Shown: positions 31,930-41,428, counted from the stretch's first letter. The stretch: 64,000 bases of DNA from Alphaproteobacteria bacterium (GCA_965228895.1 OZ245842.1:5376001-5440000); one strand, 5' to 3'. Numbers and translations: made by a program. Notes: a model not told the origin generated them from the letters alone.

Positions 31930-32508
31930 GTGGGAAACAAGATAGCTGTTCGGTCGAACGATAAGGCGCTTCTGCCGCCGCAACGCATCGCGGTCATTGG
32001 CAACGCCGGCGGAGGAAAGTCGACTTTGGCGCGCCGCCTCGCGGCGGAGCACGACCTGCCTTACCGCGAGGTCGACGCGTTGTTGTGGAACCCCGATTGG
32101 ACGCGGGTCAGCGACGATGCCTATCACGCCGCCCATGGCGCGCTGATCGCCCGCAACGGCTGGGTGATCGACGGTTTCGGCACCTGGCCCTCGGTCGAGG
32201 CGCGATTTGCACGCGCCGACACAATCGTGCTCGTCGACCTGCCCTTGTGGGTCCACTTCTGGCTCGCGACCGAACGGCAGATTGCGTGGCAGAAGGGCAC
32301 GCTCCAGGACGGTCCGGCGGGTCATGGCGAGCCGCCGGAGACCCGGGCGCTTTTTGAGACGATCTGGCAGATCGACAGCGACGACATGCCGCGCTTGCGT
32401 CAACGCTGCGCTGACGCACAGGCCGACGGAAAGAAGGTCGTCACCGTCGCATCGCTGGACGGATTGGATGCGACCGGCTTCCAACACATCGGTTCTGCTC
32501 AGAGATAG
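31930..32508 (+). CDS. Adenylate-kinase-like P-loop protein (FlaR/topology modulation type)
   Basis: RIAVIGNAGGGKSTLAR, WVIDG, RADTIVLVD; start uncertain. Confidence 0.8.
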   Translation: MGNKIAVRSNDKALLPPQRIAVIGNAGGGKSTLARRLAAEHDLPYREVDALLWNPDWTRVSDDAYHAAHGALIARNGWVIDGFGTWPSVEARFARADTIVLVDLPLWVHFWLATERQIAWQKGTLQDGPAGHGEPPETRALFETIWQIDSDDMPRLRQRCADAQADGKKVVTVASLDGLDATGFQHIGSAQR

Positions 32509-32518
32509 GACGAGAAAC

Positions 32519-33025
32519 ATGGCGATCGAGATTATGACTGCACGGGGTGCGGGCGACCTTGACGGTTTGCCGGATCTGCTTCGCGAGTTTCTGACGTGGG
32601 ATCTCGATCAGCTTCGGCAGGTGTCCGGCGTTGAACTCAGCGTCGATGCCTACGTCAACAACTCGCTTGACGAGATCGACCTCTACATGCCGCCGCGAGG
32701 GCGGCTTCTGCTCGTCAGGGATGGTGGGCGATTGCTCGGCATGGCGTTTCTCAAGCCAATTCGCGACGACACCTGCGAGATCAAACGCATGTACGTGTCA
32801 CCGGAACTCAGAGGGCAGGGTTTGGGCAAGACACTGCTCACGACCTTGATCGATGAAGCCAGGGCCGTCGGCTACCGGTCGATCATGCTCGACAGCGCCG
32901 TCTACATGGACGCTGCGCACGGCCTTTACCGTTCGATGGGATTCACCGACATCGACTACTATGAAGAGGGCGAGACGGCTGAGTCTCTAAAAGACTACTT
33001 GGTCTACATGGCGCTGCGCATCTGA
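32519..33025 (+). CDS. GNAT family acetyltransferase
   Basis: CEIKRMYVSPELRGQGLG, AHGLYRSMGF. Confidence 0.9.
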   Translation: MAIEIMTARGAGDLDGLPDLLREFLTWDLDQLRQVSGVELSVDAYVNNSLDEIDLYMPPRGRLLLVRDGGRLLGMAFLKPIRDDTCEIKRMYVSPELRGQGLGKTLLTTLIDEARAVGYRSIMLDSAVYMDAAHGLYRSMGFTDIDYYEEGETAESLKDYLVYMALRI

Positions 33026-33053
33026 TCGCCGCGACCAGGGCCAAAGAGGCGGG

Positions 33054-34529
33054 TCATGTGGGCCGTGCTTGTGGTTCGCCTCGCTTGCGGGAACTTGCTG
33101 TTAGACTAACGACCGCACCGATCCCGACGTTGGCGACCAGCGCGATGACGCCGGCGTGCCAGCCGTCGATTTTGCCGTAGCCGGCAAAGTCCAGCCCGGC
33201 GGCGAGGGCGACGCCAACCATCAGGCCGGCCAACGCGCCGGTTGCGTTGAAGCGCCGCCACGTCGCACCGAGTACGAAGAGCGGTGCGGCTTGTAGCAGG
33301 ATCTCCAGTTTCAGTTCGATCAGGCCCCATAACGAAATGCGCGGCGTGAAGGCGACGGCGATCAGGGCCAGCATGACGAACCAGGATAGGCGTTTGCCGA
33401 TGGTGGTCAGACGTTGCGGGCTGGCGGACGTTAGCCAGATCTTGGCCAGCACGTCCTTGGCGACGATCGACGACAAACTCAGCAACATGCTGTCGGCCGT
33501 CGACATGATGGCCGCGATCGCGCCGGTCAGCACGAGGACGGCCATGGCATAGAGAAACCATGACTGTTCGGCCCATAGCCTGATCATCTCCGGCAGCACC
33601 TGATCGGCCGCGATGCCGTCGAGGCCCTGAAGCTGATGGATTGCCAGGATGCCGACCAGAAAAACCGGCAGGGTGGTGACAAGCGGCATGAAAACCATGG
33701 CGGTCAGCGACATACGCAGGGTGCGTGCACTCCGGGCTGCGAAGATGCGCTGGATTGCCTGCGGGTAGATCGAGGCGCTGAAACAGACGAGGACGATGGT
33801 GCTGATCCAGGTTCGGATTGCCGCGCCTTCCGGGACCGCTGCTTTCGCCGGTTCGTTCTCGATAATCCATTGGGTCGCTGACGCCATGCCCTCGATGCCG
33901 GGCAAGACGGCGATCAGCATGCCGATGATGCCGACCAGCAGCATCAGCGCCTGCAGGGCGTCGGTCCACACCACCGCGCGCATGCCGCCGACGCTCTCGT
34001 AGATCACGACGACAAGCCCAAGGCCGACAACGCCTGCCCAATAGGGCACGGCGCCGTCCGATAAGGCATCGACCGTGTGGCCCATGGCCATAAGCTGGGC
34101 GAGCAGGAAGTTGGTGATGGTGACCAGGAAAACCAGGCTGGCGGCGAGCGACAGAACACGCGAACCGAACCGGTGGTCGATCCAGTCGCCGGGGGTGACG
34201 AATTTGAAGCGCCGGGAGGCGCGGTAGAGCTGTGGCGCAAACGTCAGGTAACCGACGATGACCACCATCATGAAACCGACGCTCATGACCCACATGAAGC
34301 CGACGCGATAGGCTTCGCCGGGATAGCCGATCAGCGAATTGCCGCTGTACTGCGTCGCATAGAGCGTCAGCAGCAGGAGCAGGGCGCCGATGCTGCGGTT
34401 GGCAAGATAAAAGTCGGCGAGATCGCCGCTCTCGCGCCGCCGCCGCGCCGCAAGGCCGAGCACGATCATCAAGACGAAGTAAAGACCGACGAAAGCGAGC
34501 GCGCCGGGACCGAAGGGGCCGAGGCTCAC
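33054..34529 (-). CDS. Sodium:solute symporter family protein
   Basis: FYLANR, ATQYSG, GGMRAVVWTDALQ, AAIMSTADSMLL; many TM helices. Confidence 0.92.
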   Translation of the reverse strand: MSLGPFGPGALAFVGLYFVLMIVLGLAARRRRESGDLADFYLANRSIGALLLLLTLYATQYSGNSLIGYPGEAYRVGFMWVMSVGFMMVVIVGYLTFAPQLYRASRRFKFVTPGDWIDHRFGSRVLSLAASLVFLVTITNFLLAQLMAMGHTVDALSDGAVPYWAGVVGLGLVVVIYESVGGMRAVVWTDALQALMLLVGIIGMLIAVLPGIEGMASATQWIIENEPAKAAVPEGAAIRTWISTIVLVCFSASIYPQAIQRIFAARSARTLRMSLTAMVFMPLVTTLPVFLVGILAIHQLQGLDGIAADQVLPEMIRLWAEQSWFLYAMAVLVLTGAIAAIMSTADSMLLSLSSIVAKDVLAKIWLTSASPQRLTTIGKRLSWFVMLALIAVAFTPRISLWGLIELKLEILLQAAPLFVLGATWRRFNATGALAGLMVGVALAAGLDFAGYGKIDGWHAGVIALVANVGIGAVVSLTASSRKRGEPQARPT

Positions 34530-34780
34530 GATCGATCCTCGGATCCGGGCTCGTCATCGGGCCAGTAACGCCCCACCACAAAGGCGGTGAAACAAGCAAT
34601 GCCAATGCATGCAAGAAGCGACAGCACGACCCAATAGGGCAGGCCAAACCATCGCGCCGGTTCCTTATCCGCCGGCAGGTACCAGGGAATCGATAGCGCA
34701 AAGAGCGCGACGTAGACCGCCCAGATCCATGGGCGCCGACTTAGCGGCCGCGACGATGCCGCCGATGATGAAGCGGGCAT
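34526..34780 (-). CDS. Small two-helix membrane partner of the SSS transporter (YhdT/DUF3311-like)
   Basis: IPWY...WFGLPYW; overlaps the SSS start; start uncertain. Confidence 0.7.
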   Translation of the reverse strand: MPASSSAASSRPLSRRPWIWAVYVALFALSIPWYLPADKEPARWFGLPYWVVLSLLACIGIACFTAFVVGRYWPDDEPGSEDRS

Positions 34781-34886
34781 GATCCTCACCACAAATATGG
34801 GTTCTGATGGTATAGCGTGGTCTTCTTTGGGACCAGTTGGCACGCGCTGGTCTTAAATGGATCGATCTGGAACGGAATGGGATCGC

Positions 34887-35669
34887 ATGGACTTCTCAGA
34901 TCCTCGCATGGTCGAGATCTTTTTCAGTATTCACAGCGACTTGCCGCGTGAAGGGCCGGGCAACCGAAAGTCGACCGCAAAAGCCGTGGCAATGTGCGGA
35001 CCGCTGCCGCAGGACGCTCGGATTCTCGATCTTGGTTGCGGACCGGGCCAGCAGACGATGGACCTTGCCGGGCTTTTGCCGGACGCAACGATCATCGCGA
35101 TCGACAACCACGGCCCGTTCGTCGATGAGGCCAACCGGCGCGCCAAGGCAATGGGTGTCAACGATCGGGTCAAAGCCGAGGTCGGCGATATGGCCGCGCT
35201 AGACTATCCGCCCGCGAGCTTCGACCTCATCTGGTCCGAAGGCGCGGCCTACAGCATGGGTGTCGAGGCAGCGCTCAAGGCTTGGAGGCCGCTGCTGAAG
35301 CCGGCCGGCCGCCTGGCGTTATCCGAGGCCGTGTGGCTGAAAGGCGATCCGCCGGAGGATCTGCGCCGTGTTTGGGACGAAGAATATCCCGACATGCGCG
35401 ACATCCCGGCCTGCCGCGACCTCGTCGCGTCGTGCGGCTACCGGTTGCTCGGCGATTTTGTGCTGCCGGACAAGGCGTGGTGGGATGACTACTACACGCC
35501 CAAGCTCGCCCGTATCGAAACACTCCGTGAAACCTATGCCGGCGACGATTTTGCTCAGACCGTGCTCGACGAGGCGGTCGAGGAAACCACGATGCATCGC
35601 ACGTACAGCCACTACTACGGCTACGTGTTCCTGGTGATGGCGCTAACCCCCTCACCCGGCTCCGGCTAG
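34887..35669 (+). CDS. Class I SAM-dependent methyltransferase
   Basis: LPREGPG, ILDLGCGPG, FDLIWSEGA, WDDYYTP. Confidence 0.9.
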   Translation: MDFSDPRMVEIFFSIHSDLPREGPGNRKSTAKAVAMCGPLPQDARILDLGCGPGQQTMDLAGLLPDATIIAIDNHGPFVDEANRRAKAMGVNDRVKAEVGDMAALDYPPASFDLIWSEGAAYSMGVEAALKAWRPLLKPAGRLALSEAVWLKGDPPEDLRRVWDEEYPDMRDIPACRDLVASCGYRLLGDFVLPDKAWWDDYYTPKLARIETLRETYAGDDFAQTVLDEAVEETTMHRTYSHYYGYVFLVMALTPSPGSG

Positions 35670-35771
35670 ATCGCTACCGCGCTCAACCCTGCGCAACCCT
35701 CTCCCTTGCTGGGGAGAGGGAAACGAAGACGGGCTCCTTCTCCCTTTGAGGGAGAGGGTTGGGGTGAGGGG
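35647..35771. repeat. Inverted doublet of CCCCTCACCC..CCCTCTCCC..GGGAGAGGG palindromes (REP/REPIN-like)
   Basis: Two copies in opposite orientation between convergent genes, each with a CTCCC-n-GGGAG hairpin. Confidence 0.8.
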
Positions 35772-35782
35772 TGCTGGAGAGA

Positions 35783-36475
35783 TCAGCCGATCAGGTCTTC
35801 GACGCCGCCGGTCATGCGGATGACGTGGAAACCTTCGCCATGGGCGAAGCCGGCCTGGGTGCCACGGAAGACCGAGAGCGCGCGCAGGGCCTCGGCAGAG
35901 CGTGCGGCCGGGAAGGGCGGGATCTGGCTGCCGTAACAGGCAAGCGCCTCAAGCTTGGTGTCGATGGTGTCGGTGATGTCGACGACCCAGTTGGGCGTAA
36001 AGTTGGGTTCGATGTGGGGCGCGTTCCAATGGGTCTCCGACAGCGTCTCGAACGCCGCGACCAGCCTGATCCCGGCACCGGGACCAACCGGCCGGGTCGC
36101 GACCATGACAGCGTCGAAGATGACGCGATGGTCAACGTGGCGGTCGGGGTAGCAGCACAAGACCGCCGCCGGGTTGACTTCCTTGATCACCTTCATGATC
36201 GCGCCGTTCAGCTCGGGCACCGGTTGGTCGCGCACATAGACCGCCGGGATATCCAGAAAGCGTGCCTCAGCGACGCCCATGACGGCGTGGGCTGCCTTGG
36301 CCTCGGCGATCGTCTGCTGGTGCACCTCGTCGCTATAGAGCGGCGGCATGTGGGCGGCGACGGTCAGGACCGTCACCTTGTGCCCCGCCTTGGCGCAGCG
36401 CGCGATGGTACCGCCGGCGCCCAGGGTTTCGTCGTCGGGATGAGGCGCGATGACCAGGACGCCGTCGGCGCTCAT
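35783..36475 (-). CDS. PIG-L/LmbE family N-deacetylase
   Basis: APHPDDETLGAGG, DRHVDH, KLEALACYGSQ. Confidence 0.92.
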   Translation of the reverse strand: MSADGVLVIAPHPDDETLGAGGTIARCAKAGHKVTVLTVAAHMPPLYSDEVHQQTIAEAKAAHAVMGVAEARFLDIPAVYVRDQPVPELNGAIMKVIKEVNPAAVLCCYPDRHVDHRVIFDAVMVATRPVGPGAGIRLVAAFETLSETHWNAPHIEPNFTPNWVVDITDTIDTKLEALACYGSQIPPFPAARSAEALRALSVFRGTQAGFAHGEGFHVIRMTGGVEDLIG

Positions 36476-38232
36476 GACACCACCACGCTTTCCTTCGGCT
36501 TGCGCAACAGGAAGCCGCCGGCGGCAAGTGTGTCCATGCCGGTCGCAAAGAACGTGCGCAGCGCATCGTGGATGGTGCAGACGACGGGCTCGCCTTTGAC
36601 GTTGAACGACGTATTGAGCAAGGCGGCGACTCCCGTGCGTGCTTCGAAGCAGCTGATCAGACGATGATAAAGCGGCAGCACGTCCTTGTGCACCATCTGC
36701 ACACGCGCCGTCCCGTCGACATGGACGACGGCCGGCGCGTCCTGCTTCAACGCATCCGTTGCCTCGAACGCGATAATCATGAACGGCGCGTCGTCGTAAG
36801 CTTTCAAATAGCGTTCCGCCGACTCGGCCGTGATCGACGGACAGAAGGGACGCCAGTATTCGCGGTACTTGATGACGGCATTGACCCGGTCGCGCGCTTC
36901 GACCTTACGCGGGTCGGCCAGGATGCTGCGTTGGCCGAGTGCGCGCGGTCCGGCTTCCATCCGGCCCTGGAACCAGCCGACGACGCGGCCGGCGACCAGG
37001 TCATCGGCGACCGCCTCGGCGATGTCGTCGGGTTTCTCGTAAGCGAGCCCGCAAAGCTTAAGCGTCGCTTCGATCTCCGCGTCCGTGTTCTGAGGCCCTG
37101 TCGCTAAGAGGCGCAGCGGTTCCGGGCGCGCGCCGGTCTTGTGCCAGCACGCGGCAAGCGCGGCACCGGCCGCGGCCCCGCCATCGCTGCACAAGGGTTG
37201 GGCGAAGACGTGGTCGACCTCGGGCAGGGCGTGGAGGCGCGTGTTCATCTTGACGTTCAGACCGACCCCGCCGCCGATGCAGAGGTTGCCGGTGCCGGCT
37301 TCCTTCAGTGCCCAACGGGCCAGCGGCTCGACGGCGTCCTCCAGGGCGGTTTGGACGGCGAACGCTACATCCTGGTGCCAGTCCTCTATCGGTTCGTTCT
37401 TCAGGCGCGGCGCGCGATCGAACAACTCGGGCAGATGATCGGTGAAACGGTCCGACCAGTTGCGCGGCCCGTAGTGGATATAGCCGGGATCAAGCCGGTA
37501 TTCGATGCCGTCGTCGGCGGGAAAAAGGATCGTTCGAACCTTGGCGGTCAGGTCGTCGTCGGGTCGCCCATAGGCGGCGAGACCCATGACCTTGTATTCG
37601 CCGTCATAGGCCTCGAAACCCAGATACTCGGTGAATGCCGCATAGAACCAGCCGAGCGAATGGGGCATGACGATTTCGCGCATCGGCGTGATCGTCTCGC
37701 CGTCGCCATGCCAGGCCACCGTGCAGTGCTGGTCGCCCGATCCGTCGACGGTCAAGCACACCGCATCATCGAACGGCGATTGCAGAAAGCTATGGGCGGC
37801 ATGGGTCATGTGATGGGGCGTGGCGACGATCTCCGGCAAGGGGACTGCGCCGAACGCCGCGCGCCAGGCTCGCGCGTGGCGGGTCGTCATGGCGTCTCGG
37901 TTGAAGTTGGCGAGCATGCTGCGTTGCCAGCCTTTGGTTGCCGGATCGAGCGGCCATGCCGCCGCCATGTCATCGAAGAAGGCGGCCATGCGGCCGTCGC
38001 CATAGGCGTCGACATCCCAATTGATGCCGATGCCGGCGACATCGTCGGGTCCGATGCCGGCGGCGTCCAGGCAATAGGCAAGCGCGCGGTGCGGGTAGAC
38101 GCGGTAGGCGTGTTTGTTGCGGATGAAGCGTTCTTCCTCCGCATAGGCGATCAGGCGGCCATCGCGCACGATGGCGACGGCCGGGTCGAAGTGACCCTCG
38201 AAGATGCCGAGGTAGTGGTCGGACTGGGCCAT
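36472..38232 (-). CDS. Carbamoyltransferase, NodU/CmcH family
   Basis: EEERFIRNKH, HHMTHA, EYKVMGLAAYG, GPRALGQRS, REYWRPF, LNTSFN. Confidence 0.94.
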   Translation of the reverse strand: MAQSDHYLGIFEGHFDPAVAIVRDGRLIAYAEEERFIRNKHAYRVYPHRALAYCLDAAGIGPDDVAGIGINWDVDAYGDGRMAAFFDDMAAAWPLDPATKGWQRSMLANFNRDAMTTRHARAWRAAFGAVPLPEIVATPHHMTHAAHSFLQSPFDDAVCLTVDGSGDQHCTVAWHGDGETITPMREIVMPHSLGWFYAAFTEYLGFEAYDGEYKVMGLAAYGRPDDDLTAKVRTILFPADDGIEYRLDPGYIHYGPRNWSDRFTDHLPELFDRAPRLKNEPIEDWHQDVAFAVQTALEDAVEPLARWALKEAGTGNLCIGGGVGLNVKMNTRLHALPEVDHVFAQPLCSDGGAAAGAALAACWHKTGARPEPLRLLATGPQNTDAEIEATLKLCGLAYEKPDDIAEAVADDLVAGRVVGWFQGRMEAGPRALGQRSILADPRKVEARDRVNAVIKYREYWRPFCPSITAESAERYLKAYDDAPFMIIAFEATDALKQDAPAVVHVDGTARVQMVHKDVLPLYHRLISCFEARTGVAALLNTSFNVKGEPVVCTIHDALRTFFATGMDTLAAGGFLLRKPKESVVVS

Positions 38233-38370
38233 CGCGGGCGTGATCAATACGCGAGGCCCGGAACAACGCGATCAAGATGCGTCATGCTGTGCCGGTCGGA
38301 TTGGTAAGACGTCCGGCTACTGATACGGGACCGCGCGCCCGCCCGCAATGGCGCGCATCGTCTCCGTCGT

Positions 38371-38760
38371 TCAGTCGGCGCCGATGACCGTGGCGACGAC
38401 CTGCTTTTCCCAGCCGCCATGCATGGTGCGCGGCAGCTCGTCGCTGGCGAACCAGGCGGCCTCGGGGCCGCCGTTGGGACTGCCGGCGGCGGTGACGTCG
38501 TAATGGAAGACAAGATGCCAACCGCGCCGTCCCCGGAAGGACTCCACGTGGTTCAGGTGAGGTGTGCCGGCATCAAGCCCCGGCAGGTCGGCGAGTGTCT
38601 TGGCGGCGGTATCGTCGGGGTGGGTGAACGGTTCGACATCGTTGCCGGGCAGCCACCACTTTTCGTTTTCGGGATCGTAGCGCACAAAGAGCACGCGGCC
38701 TTGATCGTCGCGCACGACCAGATTGGCAATGACCTGCGTCTCCACGGGTTTGTCGTTCAC
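38371..38760 (-). CDS. Nudix-fold protein with a degenerate Nudix box
   Basis: VVRDDQGRVLFV..WWLPG..VE..; REUxEE replaced by KTLADL. Confidence 0.72.
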   Translation of the reverse strand: MNDKPVETQVIANLVVRDDQGRVLFVRYDPENEKWWLPGNDVEPFTHPDDTAAKTLADLPGLDAGTPHLNHVESFRGRRGWHLVFHYDVTAAGSPNGGPEAAWFASDELPRTMHGGWEKQVVATVIGAD

Positions 38761-39284
38761 GGTGTTGCTCCCTCAGGTGTTGTTGTGAATTGGGCGAGTT
38801 CGCGCTCGGTCCAGGCAATTTCGGCGTCCAGCAGGGCGGCCTCGCGGCGCGCCAGAAATGGGCTGGGTGCCCTAGGCGCCAGAACATCCAGGCGCTCTCG
38901 GCGCGTCGTCAGGGCTTCAAGGCGCGCATGGAGACCATCGCGGATCTCGTAAGGCTCGAATTCGTCGCGTGCGGCCAAGACCGCATGAATGGGCCTGCCG
39001 TTGTCGCTGACCCCATCCCAGGCCCCGGTCAGTTCCGTGGCAAGTGCCGCCAGCCCATCGGGGGTGATCTTATAGAGCGTGCGGTTGGGCCGGTTGCCGA
39101 CCCGTTCTTCGCCGGCGACGCGGGCCAGACCCTGCTTCGTGAGTGATCGCAGCATGGCGTAGATCGACGCGTCCTCGATCGGGAACCAGAAGGCAAAGCC
39201 GGGATCGGTCAGGATCGATTTGATCTGATAGCCATGGCGCGGGTGCTCACTGAGCAGCCACAGAATGAGCAGGCGTGTCGTCAT
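38757..39284 (-). CDS. PadR family transcriptional regulator
   Basis: ILWLL..PRHGYQI, SIYAMLRSL...GL, RTLYKITPDG. Confidence 0.92.
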   Translation of the reverse strand: MTTRLLILWLLSEHPRHGYQIKSILTDPGFAFWFPIEDASIYAMLRSLTKQGLARVAGEERVGNRPNRTLYKITPDGLAALATELTGAWDGVSDNGRPIHAVLAARDEFEPYEIRDGLHARLEALTTRRERLDVLAPRAPSPFLARREAALLDAEIAWTERELAQFTTTPEGATP

Positions 39285-39287
39285 AAA

Positions 39288-39320
39288 ACCAATATACTAA
39301 AGTTTTAGTATATTGGTCAA
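39288..39320 (-). promoter_or_regulatory. Leaderless sigma70 promoter overlapped by a perfect 14-bp inverted repeat (probable PadR operator)
   Basis: ACCAATATACTAAA-gt-TTTAGTATATTGGT; minus strand reads TTGACC-N18-TATATT-N6-ATG. Confidence 0.78.
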
Positions 39321-39578
39321 GCTGATCTGTGACGGCTGCACATAGTGCGTGCCTATGGACAAAAGGGCGCGGTATTCTGCGACTTCTACGCGGTCATCCT
39401 GGGCCTTTGGGCCCACGGGGCGGCGATGCTGAGCAGATCTGTGCGGCCGGTCACTCTCATTGCGGGCAAAATGATCCAATCTGATCGAGGGAATGAATGA
39501 CCGCGGGGACGCGGGGACCAATAGGCAACGGCGCAGGGCGTCAAGCCGGGTCCATCGCGGTGATGCAGGAGATTGGTC

Positions 39579-40058
39579 ATGTCGTTTGGACGACGCGAAC
39601 GAGACGAACGCAGGCGCGAACCGCGCCGTGAGGTACTGAGCCAAGCGGCCATTTACTATGGCGACGGCCCGTCGCGCGCGACCGGTCTGGTCCGCAACAT
39701 CTCGCGGACGGGTGCGAAGTTTTTTGTCGACTTTCCGTTGGATCTGCCGCGCGAGGTGGTCCTTCAGTTCTGCAACGGCGATGAGTTCGATTGCGAGGTC
39801 GTGCGCGATATCGGCGGCACCGAGTTCGGCCTGCACTTCAAGGATACGAACGAGTTCGACAAGTCGCAGACCAAGGACTGTGTCGATTCCGTGCGCAGCT
39901 TCACCAAGAGCCAGTCGCCGCGCGAACTCTATCAGTTGATGGAGAAGGTCGGTTTCTTCGGCGACGAGGAAATCGAGTCGATCATGAAAGGCTTCATCGC
40001 CTCGTACGACCAGGTCGTCAAAATCTACAGCGATCGTATTTTGCCCCAGCAGTCCTGA
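39579..40058 (+). CDS. PilZ domain protein with C-terminal helical extension (paralog 1)
   Basis: ERRREPR (RxxxR), NISRTGA (D/NxSxxG), FGLHF. Confidence 0.8.
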   Translation: MSFGRRERDERRREPRREVLSQAAIYYGDGPSRATGLVRNISRTGAKFFVDFPLDLPREVVLQFCNGDEFDCEVVRDIGGTEFGLHFKDTNEFDKSQTKDCVDSVRSFTKSQSPRELYQLMEKVGFFGDEEIESIMKGFIASYDQVVKIYSDRILPQQS

Positions 40059-40165
40059 GACGTTCCAGCGAACCGGCACCGGTCACGGGCTGCCCGGTCT
40101 CAGCAACAAAACACTTCAGAGTTCTAACGACGCATCGCGCGGCCGGCCTGCTCTATGGTCGGCAC

Positions 40166-40206
40166 AAAAAGAAAGCGGCGTTCCCTGGTCATGGAACGCC
40201 GCCCTT
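40166..40206 (-). terminator. Rho-independent terminator, possibly bidirectional
   Basis: GCGGCGTTCC-N8-GGAACGCCGC with an A-rich flank on the left (U-tract on the minus strand), between convergent genes. Confidence 0.75.
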
Positions 40207-40231
40207 TCGATTTGACTCGCGATGTCAGCCG

Positions 40232-40558
40232 TTACGACGGCCGCGATAGTGCGATGGGTGTCGGGAACGGTCGGCGCATTCTGCCCGGATCTATCTCGAA
40301 GATCCGATCCGTCAGTTTCATTTCCCGCGGCGCAACGCCGACGACAACGTCACCTTTGTCGCGCGGGATCTCGACGGGATCGCTGACGATTGCGAGCGGG
40401 GTTCGTTCCTGCTGAAGGCATAGTCGACCATTGTCGTCGACCACGAAGAAGTCGCCGGGTTTGACGTGAAGCGTGAACGCTTGACCGCCGACCTCCCAGA
40501 TATCGTTGGACCTGCCAGCCATGGGTGTCTCCGAACGGGTTGTGTCTCCTGTTTCCAT
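40232..40558 (-). CDS. Hypothetical protein
   Basis: 108-aa ORF with plausible composition, followed by a terminator; no motif recognised. Confidence 0.6.
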   Translation of the reverse strand: METGDTTRSETPMAGRSNDIWEVGGQAFTLHVKPGDFFVVDDNGRLCLQQERTPLAIVSDPVEIPRDKGDVVVGVAPREMKLTDRIFEIDPGRMRRPFPTPIALSRPS

Positions 40559-40672
40559 TTTCTGATCCCCGTATCGAGCTAGGCTCTAAGGCGAATACTC
40601 GCCGTAGTTCGTCTGCGGGTCTGTGTCCGCCGTCATGATTGACGAGCGAAAAAGTATAAAGAGCTGGTATTA

Positions 40673-40729
40673 TTAATGAAGTCTTACCAAAACGTTTACG
40701 GATTAAGTCGTCCGTTAAGAGTCTATTAA
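40673..40729. promoter_or_regulatory. CtrA-like boxes in an AT-rich divergent promoter
   Basis: TTAA-GAGTCTA-TTAA (40715-40729) and TTAA-TGAAGTC-TTAC (40673-40687). Confidence 0.6.
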
Positions 40730-40830
40730 GGTCTTAGTAATGTCTTGTCGTCGGCATTGCCCTTTTGCCGCCTCAATTATGCTGTCAACAGACGGTCTCG
40801 ACTCGGCGGGGCGGCAGATTGGGGAAAACG

Positions 40831-41130
40831 ATGAAGTTCTTGGGTTGGTTGCTGATGGTGATCGGCATCGCTGCGGCGGTGTCCGGTATCTTGATGACCG
40901 GCATGGCGCCAGGCGGTCAATCGTCTGATATCGATCGGCTTGTGGCCAAGGTCACGCTGGTCATTTTCGGTGCCGGCCTTGGCCTCGCGGGCTGCGTTTT
41001 TGTCGTTGGTGCAGAGCTGCGCCTGTGGCTGTCGGCGATCTATGATGAAGTCGGCGCTGGCGAGGCGAACGTGAGCGCGGAGCCGGAGCCAGTCACAGGC
41101 CGCGTGCGCGCCGAACCCGTGATCCTTTAG
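40831..41130 (+). CDS. Hypothetical two-helix membrane protein
   Basis: Two hydrophobic segments; GGGGAA upstream of the ATG. Confidence 0.65.
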   Translation: MKFLGWLLMVIGIAAAVSGILMTGMAPGGQSSDIDRLVAKVTLVIFGAGLGLAGCVFVVGAELRLWLSAIYDEVGAGEANVSAEPEPVTGRVRAEPVIL

Positions 41131-41428
41131 GCCGTCTCAATCTAGAACGGCACCACGTTGGGTTAACAATCCCCCAACAGATTGCATCACATGTCCAGAT
41201 TGTCGCCCGTTTTGCGTGCGGCCCATGCACCGATGGGTGTATCCTTACCAGGGTAGCTGCCGTAACCCGCTGGGGCTACGTTTTCCGTGGGATCACCGCA
41301 TAAGTGGCTGATTTCCAAGGCGGATAGTGTGGTGTCGGGGTCAATTCCGTATGATGCCACCTAATTGCGGTGGAGCGGAGCGTAGCCGCGGGTCAATCTA
41401 AGTGCCTGTGAGCCAGGAGTATGGTGTC

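Noticed and set aside
34838-34856. Sigma54 promoter TTGGCACG upstream of the methyltransferase
   Set aside because: The -12 GC is missing at the required GG-N10-GC spacing.
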